A stretch of 64,000 nucleotides of DNA from an uncultured Gemmatimonadales bacterium (GTDB taxonomy: Bacteria > Gemmatimonadota > Gemmatimonadetes > Longimicrobiales > Gaopeijiaceae). The first letter of the stretch is position 1; the number at the start of each line of letters is the position of its first letter. Position numbers and translations under genes: made by a program. The DNA lies in assembly GCA_963809895.1 (NCBI GenBank), contig CAWELD010000003.1:2848001-2912000 (forward strand), read 5' to 3'. The notes beneath the pieces are model-generated. The model did not search any database, had not been told where the DNA came from, and saw only the letters and a list, made by a program, of their open reading frames with translations. Below, one piece after another: positions 1 to 8,542 of the stretch.

Positions 1-2
1 AC

Positions 3-605
3 GCCGGCGTCCAGGACGTCGGTGGCGATGTCCACCAGCTCGGCGGCCAGCGTCACGCCCTCGTCGGCCGCTTCCAGGCGTGCCTGCGCCCGCAGGTCCT
101 GCACGTACGAAAGGGCGGCGCCCACGGCCGCCGTCTCTTCGGCCTGGGACTCGCGCTCGCGACTCGCGGCCAGCGAAGCCCGCGCTCCCTTCACCCGCTC
201 GACAGCGCTCCAGTCGAAGAGGGTCTGCTGCAGGGTTCCCCGGGCGTCCACGGTCTGCACGGGGCCCACCACTTCTCCCCGCGGATCGAAGAGCGGAGGC
301 TGGCCCTCGGGAGCGGGGAATTCCAGCCCGAAGCTCGCCGTGTTGAAGGTGCGCCCCAGACGTTGTGCCGTGACCGAGAGGTCCGGCAGCAGCGACGCCC
401 GCTCCTGCACCACCCGGGACGATGCCCCCGAGGTGGCCAACTGGGCTTCCTCCACGCCCGCGCTGCGCTGGGCGGCCATGGAGACCGCATCGGCCAGCGT
501 CAGCCTGAGGGTGTCGCCGGCGCCCGCCGCCTGGGCCCGAAGCGGGCCTGGGGTGGCACCGACCACGAAGCACACGAGGCCCATTGTGGTAACTCGCCCG
601 GTCAT
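3..605 (-). CDS. TolC-family outer-membrane efflux protein (N-terminal part; runs off window edge)
   Basis: Hand translation from ATG 605 (ATGA overlap with TetR stop): MTGRVTTMGLVCFVVGATPGPLRAQ...DTLRLTLADAVSMAAQ...ERASLLPDLS...LQQTLFDWSA. These are typical TolC/OEP signatures. Absent from the ORF track because it has no stop in the window. Confidence 0.8.
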   Translation of the reverse strand, partial: MTGRVTTMGLVCFVVGATPGPLRAQAAGAGDTLRLTLADAVSMAAQRSAGVEEAQLATSGASSRVVQERASLLPDLSVTAQRLGRTFNTASFGLEFPAPEGQPPLFDPRGEVVGPVQTVDARGTLQQTLFDWSAVERVKGARASLAASRERESQAEETAAVGAALSYVQDLRAQARLEAADEGVTLAAELVDIATDVLDAG

Positions 606-1252
606 TCGGTCCTCCGCGACGGGGGCACGGTCCCCAGGGCAGTGAAGTAGAAGTCCATGATCTCTTGCAGCACTTCGTCGTCGGTTCGTGATCCGAGGTC
701 CGAGATGAGCTCGCGTCGGGCGCTCCACACCGCGTGTTTGATGAGCAGCGCCAACAGCATGCGAGCCCTCACCACCGCATCCCCTTCGCTGAACTCCCCC
801 GCGCGCACCCCCTCTCGGAGGAGGGGTTGGGCGACCTCCGCGAGCGGCACACGGACTTCGCGGGCGTACTCCCGTATCAGCTCGGGAAAGGCGTTCACCT
901 CCGCGAGCGCCAAGCGATACACGGCATCGAACTCGGCGGAACGGAGCTGCCGCCAGTATCCCGACACGAACGCCTCCAGGCGCTCCGCGTTCGTCCCCTC
1001 GTCGGGGATGTCGGCGGCCGCACCCATGAGGCCCGCGATCCTCGCGAGGATCATCTCGCGAAAGAGCTCGACCTTGCTGGGGAAGTAGAGGTAGACCGTG
1101 GCCTTGGACACGCCGGCACGTTCCGCGATGTCCTCGACGCGGGCCGCCTCCAGCCCGTGGGCCGAGAAGACCGACAGCGCCGCGTCCATGATCTGCCCAG
1201 GCCGCTGATCCGGCTGTCGCCGCCAGCGAGGCTCTTCAACGGGGGTCGTCAT
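602..1252 (-). CDS. TetR/AcrR-family transcriptional regulator
   Basis: N-terminal HTH IMDAALSVFSAHGLEAARVEDIAERAGVSKATVYLYFPSKVELF; coupled to the TolC gene. Confidence 0.93.
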   Translation of the reverse strand: MTTPVEEPRWRRQPDQRPGQIMDAALSVFSAHGLEAARVEDIAERAGVSKATVYLYFPSKVELFREMILARIAGLMGAAADIPDEGTNAERLEAFVSGYWRQLRSAEFDAVYRLALAEVNAFPELIREYAREVRVPLAEVAQPLLREGVRAGEFSEGDAVVRARMLLALLIKHAVWSARRELISDLGSRTDDEVLQEIMDFYFTALGTVPPSRRTE

Positions 1253-1265
1253 GGCTCCAGTAACT

Positions 1266-1281
1266 AACTGACCAGTCAGTT
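1266..1281. promoter_or_regulatory. Putative TetR operator (palindrome AACTGAC-CA-GTCAGTT)
   Basis: Perfect 7-2-7 inverted repeat in an AT-rich patch about 13 nt upstream of the TetR ATG. Confidence 0.65.
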
Positions 1282-1434
1282 TTAACGAATTCAGAAGCTA
1301 ACGACGACCACGTTCCTGATCAACGGGGCCCCACCGCCACCGGGTCCGGGCGATGGGACCCCTCCGCAACTCTGGGGTAAGGGGTAGCGAATGCCGGCAG
1401 AGCCGGCAGCAATCCCTGCACAGGAGGAACCGAG

Positions 1435-1950
1435 ATTTCCGATCCACGCGTCAACGACCAGATCCGTATCAGCCCTGTTCGACTGATCGGAGCCGACGGA
1501 GAACAGGTGGGCATCGTTTCGCTGGACCAGGCTCGGGAGCGGGCCGATGCGGCGGGCCTCGACATGGTCGAGGTGGCGGCTCAGGCGCGGCCGCCGGTGG
1601 TGAAGCTGATGGACTGGGGCAAGTACCGGTACGAACAACAGAAGAAGGCCCGCGAGGCCCGGAAGAACCAGACGCACCAGGAGGTCAAGGAGGTGCAGCT
1701 GCGACCCCGGACCGACGATCACGATTTCGAAGTGAAGCTCAAGCGGGCTCGCCGTTTTCTCGAGGAAGGCAATCTGGTGCGGGTGGTCCTGCGCTTTCGG
1801 GGGCGCGAGTTGCGGCGGCCCGAAGTCGGCGTGGCGACCCTGGACCGCATGATCGAAGCCACCGACGACGTTGCCCGCGTCGAGCATCGATCGAACACCA
1901 TCGAAGGCCGCCGCCTGGTGGCAATCCTGGAGCCGGACTCGAGCAACTGA
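1435..1950 (+). CDS. infC: Translation initiation factor IF-3 (AUU start)
   Basis: ATT at 1435, 7 nt after AGGAGG (1422-1427), in frame with ORF 1507..1950. This adds SDPRVNDQIRISPVRLIGADGEQ. Downstream motifs: PPVVKLMDWGKYRYEQQKK, VKEVQLRP, FRGRE. Confidence 0.95.
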   Translation: MSDPRVNDQIRISPVRLIGADGEQVGIVSLDQARERADAAGLDMVEVAAQARPPVVKLMDWGKYRYEQQKKAREARKNQTHQEVKEVQLRPRTDDHDFEVKLKRARRFLEEGNLVRVVLRFRGRELRRPEVGVATLDRMIEATDDVARVEHRSNTIEGRRLVAILEPDSSN

Positions 1951-1982
1951 GCCGGGAGCGCCATCCCCGGTGACGACGACGA

Positions 1983-2027
1983 GGTGATGGGCCCGGAGCG
2001 ACCGTGTGGCCGCCCGGGCCCATCGCC
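1983..2027 (+). terminator. GC-rich hairpin after infC, probable terminator
   Basis: GGTGATGGGCCCGG (1983-1996) pairs with CCGGGCCCATCGCC (2014-2027); no clear U-tract. Confidence 0.4.
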
Positions 2028-2172
2028 GTCCCCTGGGGTTCTATCCACGCGTGGCGTCGCATGATGCCTCCTGCCGGGCCGAGAGGGTCGGAGCCGGCGA
2101 ACGGCTCTCCTTCAATCGGGGTACGTCGCCAGGACCCACAGCAGACGGGTTCCCACCTCCACCTGATCCCTG

Positions 2173-3789
2173 ATGGACCGACGAGTCTCCCACAACGGCC
2201 GAGCGGCCATGCCCTGGCGCGCTTCCGTCGTCCCTGCGCTGATCCTGGTCGCCGGGGCCTTCGCCGTCGTGCTGGCCGGCGTCGACTCGCAGGTCTTCGA
2301 CCTCGAGCGGTATCTGGAGCCCAAGTCCCTCGACCTTCACCTGACGGCACTGGCCCTTCTCCTGATCGTCCCGAGCCGTCTGCGTCTCGGCAGCCGGGAG
2401 CCGGTGGCGGTTCTCCTGGTAGCGTTCGTCGCGTTGGGCGCCCTCTCGGCGCTGGCGGCGGTCAACCGGTGGCTCGCTCTGGAAGCCTGGGGGATCTCCT
2501 TCTCGGGGATGATCCTCTTCCTGACGGCTCGCCGGCTACCCGCCGAAGCTCGCCGCTTCGTGCTCGCCGGCGTCCTGAGCGCGGTGGTGCTGGGGGCGGG
2601 CCTGGGTGTGGCCCAGGCGTACGGACTCCAGTGGACCCTGCTGGCCGAGGCGCGGCCACCGGGCGGGACCTTCGGGAATCGCAATTTCCTCGCCCACTTC
2701 GCGGCCCTGGGTGCTCCTCCTCTTCTGGCACTCGCCGTCGGCGTCAGAGGACGAGGTTGGCGGCTCCTGACCCTCGGCGGCCTCGCGGTGCTGGTGGCGG
2801 CCGTGGTGCTCACCCGCTCCAGGGGCGCCTGGCTGGGAACCGCCGCCGGCCTGGGCGTCACGGCCGTCGCCCTGGTCCTGGGTGTCCGTCGGCGTCACCG
2901 TGCACACGCCTCGGGCGACGACGCACCCTGGTGGCGCCCGGGAAGGACCGCCGTAACCGTGCTGACGCTGGTGGTGGCGGCCGGCGTGGCCGTGGCGCTG
3001 CCGAACCGACTCCAGTGGAATTCCGAAACGCCCTACGCGGGCACGCTGAGCCGTATCGTGGACTTCCGGGAGGGGTCCGGGCGCGGGCGGATCATCCAGT
3101 ACGGGAATTCCCTGGAACTGGTGGCGGACGCGCCCGTGCTCGGTGTGGGGCCCGGGAACTGGTTCGTGCACTACCCCCGGGTGACGGAAGACGGCGACCC
3201 GTCGTTCGCCGGGCACCTCGCCATCCCCACGAACCCGTGGCCGAGCAGCGACTGGGTGGCCTTCCTCACCGAGCGGGGAGCGCTGGCGACGGTGCTGCTC
3301 CTGGGGGCCGGGCTCATCCTCTTCCTTCAGGGCGCACGCGCAGCGCTGACCGGCGCCACCGCCGAGGAGGAGCACGCCGGCGCGGCCCTCGCCGGTCTAC
3401 TGGCGGCCACGTTGGTCACGGGAGCCTTCGACGCGGTGCTCCTGCTGGCGGCGCCCACCTACATGGTCGCGGTCACGGCGGGCTCTCTGGCCACGGGTCG
3501 TGAGAGCGCCGCCGGTCATGAGGACCGGCGCTCGTGGCTGCGCTGGATCCCCATCGTGATCGCGGCGGCGCTGACGGTTGTCGCGGGGCTGCACACCCTG
3601 GCGATCGCCACCACGGCCGAGGGTCGCGATACCGGCACCTTGCTGCGCGCGGCGCGCCTGGCCCCCGGCGAGCACAGGCTGCAGTTGCTCCTGGCGGAGC
3701 GCGGGAGGTGTGATCACGCGAGAAAGGCGGCGCGGCTGATGCCGTACCACCCGGGCGTGAAATCGCTGCTGGAGGACTGCAGCCCGTAG
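2173..3789 (+). CDS. O-antigen ligase (Wzy_C)-family membrane protein
   Basis: About 12 hydrophobic segments; motifs GTFGNRNFLA, LTRSRGAWLG and PVLGVGPGNW. Confidence 0.8.
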   Translation: MDRRVSHNGRAAMPWRASVVPALILVAGAFAVVLAGVDSQVFDLERYLEPKSLDLHLTALALLLIVPSRLRLGSREPVAVLLVAFVALGALSALAAVNRWLALEAWGISFSGMILFLTARRLPAEARRFVLAGVLSAVVLGAGLGVAQAYGLQWTLLAEARPPGGTFGNRNFLAHFAALGAPPLLALAVGVRGRGWRLLTLGGLAVLVAAVVLTRSRGAWLGTAAGLGVTAVALVLGVRRRHRAHASGDDAPWWRPGRTAVTVLTLVVAAGVAVALPNRLQWNSETPYAGTLSRIVDFREGSGRGRIIQYGNSLELVADAPVLGVGPGNWFVHYPRVTEDGDPSFAGHLAIPTNPWPSSDWVAFLTERGALATVLLLGAGLILFLQGARAALTGATAEEEHAGAALAGLLAATLVTGAFDAVLLLAAPTYMVAVTAGSLATGRESAAGHEDRRSWLRWIPIVIAAALTVVAGLHTLAIATTAEGRDTGTLLRAARLAPGEHRLQLLLAERGRCDHARKAARLMPYHPGVKSLLEDCSP

Positions 3790-3827
3790 AAGCCGGGCCT
3801 GCCGCGGGACCTCCAGAACGACGAATG

Positions 3828-3859
3828 CCCGGGCGGCCGCGGTCGTGCGACCGCCCGGG
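3828..3859 (-). terminator. Hairpin between convergent O-antigen ligase and HU genes
   Basis: CCCGGGCGGCCGC / GCGACCGCCCGGG 13-bp stem; the single mismatch becomes a G-U pair on the minus (HU) transcript. Confidence 0.55.
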
Positions 3860-3869
3860 GTCAACCGAT

Positions 3870-4163
3870 TCAGTCGCGGACGCGGTCCTTCAGCCCACGA
3901 CCGGCGCGGAAGGTCGGAACCGTCATGGCCGGGATCGTGATGGACTTCCCGGTGCGGGGGTTGCGCCCCTCGCGAGCCTTGCGATGCCGCGTGCCGAACG
4001 TGCCGAAGCCGGTGATGGTGAAGTCGCGACCGGCATCGAGCTCGACGGCAATGATCCCCTCGCGGGGCTCGGTGGAGAAGATGGCGTCGATCACATCCTT
4101 CGCCTTCGCCTTCGAGAGGTCGGTCTTCTTCGCCAGCTTCTCCGCGAACTCGTCCTTCGTCAT
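3870..4163 (-). CDS. hup: HU-family DNA-binding protein
   Basis: MTKDEFAEKLAKKTDLSK...GFGTF...RKAREGRNPRTGKSITIPA...FRAGRGLKD; ATG at 4163 with GGAG upstream. Confidence 0.95.
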   Translation of the reverse strand: MTKDEFAEKLAKKTDLSKAKAKDVIDAIFSTEPREGIIAVELDAGRDFTITGFGTFGTRHRKAREGRNPRTGKSITIPAMTVPTFRAGRGLKDRVRD

Positions 4164-4350
4164 CCGATCATCTCCCGCGTGGGGTGTGGAGGAGTTGGAT
4201 GCGGGAAGCATTCCCTCCCACATCGGCGGGGGCACGAAGGCGCCTCCGTCCTAGCGACACTACATCCCCCGAGGCTCAGGCTCAAGCGTGTTCCGTGGAT
4301 CGGTCTCGGCGAAATCCCTCGCCTCGACCCCCCGCGAGTCATCAGGGGTC

Positions 4351-4379
4351 TTGACGGCGAAGCTTGTCGACGCCATCAT
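4351..4379 (+). promoter_or_regulatory. Possible sigma70 promoter for the cold-shock gene
   Basis: TTGACG-N17-CATCAT; would give a leader of about 190 nt. Confidence 0.3.
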
Positions 4380-4572
4380 AGCGACGTTGCGAGCACGTGC
4401 CGGGAGAGGCCCCGGATCCAGTGTACAGAGGACCTGGACGCAGTATGTCCGGTCCTCTTTTTTCTAACACCGCAACACCGAGCGGGCGCGGAATCCGCCC
4501 GAGTTCGACTGATGATCCGTTGGTGAGGACTAGTCCAGACCCGGTCATCGTCACAAGCACCAGGAGTCTGGT

Positions 4573-4782
4573 ATGCGCACCACCGGAACCGTGAAGTGGT
4601 TCAACGATCAGAAGGGCTTTGGCTTCATCACGCCCGAGGACGGCGGTAAGGACTGCTTCGTCCACCACTCCGCCATTCAGGGCTCGGGCTTCAAGTCCCT
4701 GAACGAAGGCGAGAAGGTCGAGTTCGACGTCGTGCAGGGCCAGAAGGGCCCCGCGGCTGAGAACGTCACCCGCCTCGGCTGA
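4573..4782 (+). CDS. csp: Cold-shock protein (CspA family)
   Basis: [17 protein letters not shown]...[18 protein letters not shown], carrying RNP1/RNP2; SD AGGAG at 4562-4566. Confidence 0.97.
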   Translation: MRTTGTVKWFNDQKGFGFITPEDGGKDCFVHHSAIQGSGFKSLNEGEKVEFDVVQGQKGPAAENVTRLG

Positions 4783-4833
4783 CCGAGCGGGCGGACTTTC
4801 CGCCGTCTGGGAGCCCGCTCCCAGCCATCTTCA

Positions 4834-4864
4834 CGGGCCAGTCCGGACAATCCGGGCTGGCCCG
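4834..4864 (+). terminator. Hairpin downstream of csp
   Basis: CGGGCCAGTCCGGA-CAA-TCCGGGCTGGCCCG 14-bp stem; a second stem lies at 4785-4820. Confidence 0.55.
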
Positions 4865-4957
4865 CGTTGCGTCCAGAGGGGATTCTCCCCACCGCCGGTT
4901 CAGCGACTTCCCCGCAGCATCCGCTATTCCCCTCCGACCTCACGTCCCCTATCTTGG

Positions 4958-4979
4958 TTGAGACTCGCTTTCATTCTCA
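4958..4979. promoter_or_regulatory. Putative Fur-type iron box upstream of feoAB
   Basis: TTGAGACTCGCTTTCATTCTCA resembles the TGA(T/G)AATnATT(A/C)TCA 7-1-7 Fur consensus. It is an AT-richer island in GC-rich DNA, about 50 nt before feoA. Confidence 0.5.
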
Positions 4980-5031
4980 GCCACCTCCGGCGTGGCCTCG
5001 ACGCCCCCGGAGACCTCGAGGAACCGAGCCC

Positions 5032-5334
5032 TTGGCACTTCCGCTTCAGATGATCGAGACCCAGGCCACCGCGCCTGATGTCGCACGGGAGCCGGAGCGA
5101 TTCCTGGACGACATCGCGCTGCGCGAGGTGGTCGAGCTCGTACGCATCGATCTGCCGGCGGACGAAGTGGAGCCGCTCCTGGAGCGAGGAATCCTCCCGG
5201 GCTGTCAGCTGTGCCCCGTCCGCATGTCGCCGGCGGGTGACCCCATCGTCATGGTGGAAGGCTCGCTCCTGGCGCTTCGGCGTGAGACCGCCTGCTGCCT
5301 GTGCGTGAAGCAGCCGGGCCGCGCCTCCGACTGA
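5032..5334 (+). CDS. feoA: Ferrous iron transport protein A
   Basis: LLERGILPG...SPAGDPIVMVEGSLLALRRETA; immediately precedes feoB. Start is TTG 5032 (GAGG upstream) or ATG 5050. Confidence 0.85.
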   Translation: MALPLQMIETQATAPDVAREPERFLDDIALREVVELVRIDLPADEVEPLLERGILPGCQLCPVRMSPAGDPIVMVEGSLLALRRETACCLCVKQPGRASD

Positions 5335-5346
5335 TCCCGACCGGCG

Positions 5347-7278
5347 GTGTCCACCCCTCCCCTGGCCGGTAGCCACAGGGAATCCCTGACGACCGTCCAG
5401 GCTCCATCACGAGGCGAGCCGCCGCTGGTGGCGCTGGTGGGTCCGCCCAACTCGGGCAAGTCCACGCTCTTCAACCAGCTCACGGGCCTCCGCCAGAAGG
5501 TCGCCAACTACCCCGGCGTCACCGTCGAAAAGCACGTCGGCCAGGCGCGCCTCGACGACGGCAGGTTCGTCGAGTTGGTGGACCTCCCCGGCGTGAACGG
5601 CTTTTCGGCCCGTACCCTGGACGAGCGCGTGACCCGCGACGTGCTGGAAGGCCGGGCTCCCGGGCTGCGCGCGCCCGACGCCCTGGTCCTGATCGTGGAC
5701 TCCACGCGGCTCGAGTCGCAGCTCATGCTGGTGGAGCCCATTCTCGAGCTGGACCTGCCCACCATGTTGGTCCTCAACATGTCCGACGAGCTCGAGCGTC
5801 GTGGCGGCCGGGTCAACGATTCCGCGCTGGCGCAGGAGCTCGGCGTCGAGGTCGTCCGCTCCAACGCCCGGGCCGGCGAGGGGCTGGACGGAATCCGCGC
5901 GTTCCTGGCGCGGGCCGCCGACCACGGACCACGGCCGGAACGGCCGCCGCGGACCGTCGCCAACGTCTCCCGGAGCGTCAAGCTGCCGGTCGTCGACGTG
6001 TTCGCGGACCGCAGGCGACGCATCCGGGAGGTGGGCCGCAAGGCGGATTTCGCTCCGCCCGGACCGTCGCGCCTGACGGACCGTCTCGATTCCGTCTTCC
6101 TGCATCGTGTCTTCGGCCCACTCGTCTTCCTTGCGGTGGTGGTGCTGGTCTTCCAGTCCATCTTCACCTGGGCGGTCCCCCTCATGGACGGGCTGGACTT
6201 CCTCATCACCTCGTCGGGACAGTGGGTGGCCACCCGCCTGCCCGACACCTGGTTCCGCTCCCTCCTCATCGACGGCGTCTGGACCGGGGTGGGCTCGGTG
6301 CTCGTGTTCCTTCCGCAGATCCTGATCCTCTTCCTCTTCCTCGGGGTTCTGGAAGATTCGGGCTACATGGCGCGCGCCGCGGTCATCGCCGATCGGCTCA
6401 TGTACCGGGTGGGGCTCCAGGGACGGGCCTTCCTGCCCCTGCTGTCCGCCTACGCCTGCGCCGTACCCGCCATCCTGTCCGCCAGGACAGTGGAGAACGA
6501 GAGGGACCGCTTGGCCACCATCTTCGTGGCCCCCTTCATGACCTGCTCGGCGCGCCTTCCGGTGTACGCCCTGCTCATCGCCGCCTTCATCCCCGAGAAG
6601 AAGCTCCTGGGGCCCGTCATGGGCACGCGGGCAGCCACGCTTCTGGGCCTCTACCTCCTCGGCGCTCTCGCGGCGGTGGTCACGGCGTTCCTCCTGAAGC
6701 GAACGTTGCTACGCGGGCAACGGTCGTCGTTTCTCATGGAGCTGCCGCCGTATCGGGTTCCCTCGCTCAAGTCGCTGGCGCTGCGACTCCTGGATCGGAG
6801 CCGCATCTTCCTGCGCCGCGCCGGTCGGATCATCCTGGCCGTCACCGTCGTGCTGTGGGCCCTCACCCAGCTCCCGCTCCGCCAGGGGCAGGCGCCACCC
6901 ATCGGCGACAGCGTGCTCGGCCAGATGGGCAAGGTCATCGAGCCGGCGATCCGTCCGCTGGGCTTCGACTGGCGCATCGGTGTGGGGTTGGTGTCCTCGC
7001 TCTCGGCCCGCGAGGTCATCGTCGGCACGCTGGGCACCATCTACGGCGTCGAGAACGCCGACGAGGGATCCATCCAGCTCCAGGCGGCGCTGAAGCAGCA
7101 CATGGACCTGGGCAGCGCCGTGGCCCTGCTGGTCTTCTTCGCGTTCGCCCTGCAGTGCATGTCCACCGTGGCGGTGATGAAACGCGAGACCGCGGGCTGG
7201 CGATGGCCGACCCTGCAGTTCCTCTACATGCTCGGACTGGCCTACGGAGGCGCCTTCCTGGCCAACTGGCTAATCTGA
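5347..7278 (+). CDS. feoB: Ferrous iron transporter B
   Basis: GPPNSGKST, VANYPGVTVE, DLPG and NMSD G-motifs; LEDSGYMAR, PFMTCSARLPVY and ELPPYR. Confidence 0.97.
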   Translation: MSTPPLAGSHRESLTTVQAPSRGEPPLVALVGPPNSGKSTLFNQLTGLRQKVANYPGVTVEKHVGQARLDDGRFVELVDLPGVNGFSARTLDERVTRDVLEGRAPGLRAPDALVLIVDSTRLESQLMLVEPILELDLPTMLVLNMSDELERRGGRVNDSALAQELGVEVVRSNARAGEGLDGIRAFLARAADHGPRPERPPRTVANVSRSVKLPVVDVFADRRRRIREVGRKADFAPPGPSRLTDRLDSVFLHRVFGPLVFLAVVVLVFQSIFTWAVPLMDGLDFLITSSGQWVATRLPDTWFRSLLIDGVWTGVGSVLVFLPQILILFLFLGVLEDSGYMARAAVIADRLMYRVGLQGRAFLPLLSAYACAVPAILSARTVENERDRLATIFVAPFMTCSARLPVYALLIAAFIPEKKLLGPVMGTRAATLLGLYLLGALAAVVTAFLLKRTLLRGQRSSFLMELPPYRVPSLKSLALRLLDRSRIFLRRAGRIILAVTVVLWALTQLPLRQGQAPPIGDSVLGQMGKVIEPAIRPLGFDWRIGVGLVSSLSAREVIVGTLGTIYGVENADEGSIQLQAALKQHMDLGSAVALLVFFAFALQCMSTVAVMKRETAGWRWPTLQFLYMLGLAYGGAFLANWLI

Positions 7279-7281
7279 GGC

Positions 7282-8526
7282 ATGGAGCTCTCACTGCTGG
7301 CCCAACTCGGGCTCGCCCTCGGACTCGGCCTGCTGGTCGGGCTGGAACGCGAATGGGCCGTGGACGAAGTCGCCGGCATTCGCACCTTCGCCCTGATCAC
7401 GGTCCTGGGCACCCTGGCATCGACGCTGGCCGTCTCGTTCGGGGGATGGATCGTGGCCGCCGGCGGAGCCGGGCTCGCCGCGCTCATCGCGGTGGCCAAC
7501 TTCGCCCGCCAACGAACGCCGTCGCCAGACACGGGCATCACGACGGAGGTCGCGGCACTGGTGATGTTCCTGGTGGGCGCGGCCATCCCCCTGGGCTACG
7601 TGGTCCCGGCCATCGTGCTCGGGGGGAGCGTGGCCGTGCTGCTCCACTGGAAGGTTCCCCTGCACACCTTCACCGAGCGCATCGGCAAGGACGACTTCGC
7701 CGCCATCATCCGCCTCGTGCTGGTGGCGCTGGTCATCCTGCCTCTGCTGCCCGACCGGGACATGGGCCCCTTCCAGGTCCTGAACCCCTTCCGCATCTGG
7801 CTCATGGTGGTGCTGATCGTGAGCATCAGCACCGCCGGGTACGTGGCTTCGAAGATCTTCGGGGACCGCACGGGGTCGCTGGCGAGCGGACTGCTCGGCG
7901 GCCTCATCTCCAGTACCGCCACCACCGTCAGCTACGCGCGCCGCACCGTGGATCGGCCCCGGCGGAGTCCCGCCGCGACGCTGGTCATCACCCTGGCGTC
8001 GGCGGTGGTCTTCGGGCGGGTCCTGGTCGAGGTCGCGCTGGTGGCGCCCGGGCACTTCCGCCAGACGGCTGGACCCCTCGGCGCCATGTTGGCGCTGATG
8101 GCGCTGCTGTCCGTGGTGCTGCTGGCCACGACGCGAGGCGGGGAAGAAGAGGAGGTGAGGGACCGTGGACCACCGTCGGACCTCATGGCCGCCATCGTTT
8201 TCGCGCTCCTCTACGCCGCCGTGCTCCTCGGCGTGGCTCTAGCGCGCGAAAACCTGGGGCGTGGCGGACTCTTCGTGGTGGCCGCGCTGTCGGGGCTCAC
8301 CGACGTGGACGCCATCACGCTGTCCACCGCCCAGCTCATGAAGAGTGGCGGCCTGGAGCCGACGCTCGGCTGGAAGGTCATCCAGGTCGGCGCGCTCTCC
8401 AACCTGGTGTTCAAAGGCGGAATCGTGGTGGCGCTGGGCCACCGACGGCTCCGCTCGCGAATCCTGGGCGTGTTCGGGCTGGGCCTCGCCGGGGGGCTGG
8501 CGCTTCTGCTCCTGTGGCCGGGTTGA
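7282..8526 (+). CDS. MgtC/SapB + DUF4010 membrane protein
   Basis: LGLLVGLERE...AGIRTF, GITTEVA, GGLISSTATT and GLTDVDAITLS. Confidence 0.88.
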   Translation: MELSLLAQLGLALGLGLLVGLEREWAVDEVAGIRTFALITVLGTLASTLAVSFGGWIVAAGGAGLAALIAVANFARQRTPSPDTGITTEVAALVMFLVGAAIPLGYVVPAIVLGGSVAVLLHWKVPLHTFTERIGKDDFAAIIRLVLVALVILPLLPDRDMGPFQVLNPFRIWLMVVLIVSISTAGYVASKIFGDRTGSLASGLLGGLISSTATTVSYARRTVDRPRRSPAATLVITLASAVVFGRVLVEVALVAPGHFRQTAGPLGAMLALMALLSVVLLATTRGGEEEEVRDRGPPSDLMAAIVFALLYAAVLLGVALARENLGRGGLFVVAALSGLTDVDAITLSTAQLMKSGGLEPTLGWKVIQVGALSNLVFKGGIVVALGHRRLRSRILGVFGLGLAGGLALLLLWPG

Positions 8527-8542
8527 GCGTGCCCGGCCGCCC

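Noticed and set aside
1507..1509. GTG start for infC given by the ORF track
   Set aside because: It truncates the conserved IF3 N-domain and lacks an SD; ATT 1435 fits better.
2060..2170. Possible riboswitch before the O-antigen-ligase gene (GGAGCCG-GCGAA-CGGCTCT stem)
   Set aside because: A single short stem with no recognisable aptamer consensus; expected by chance at this GC content.
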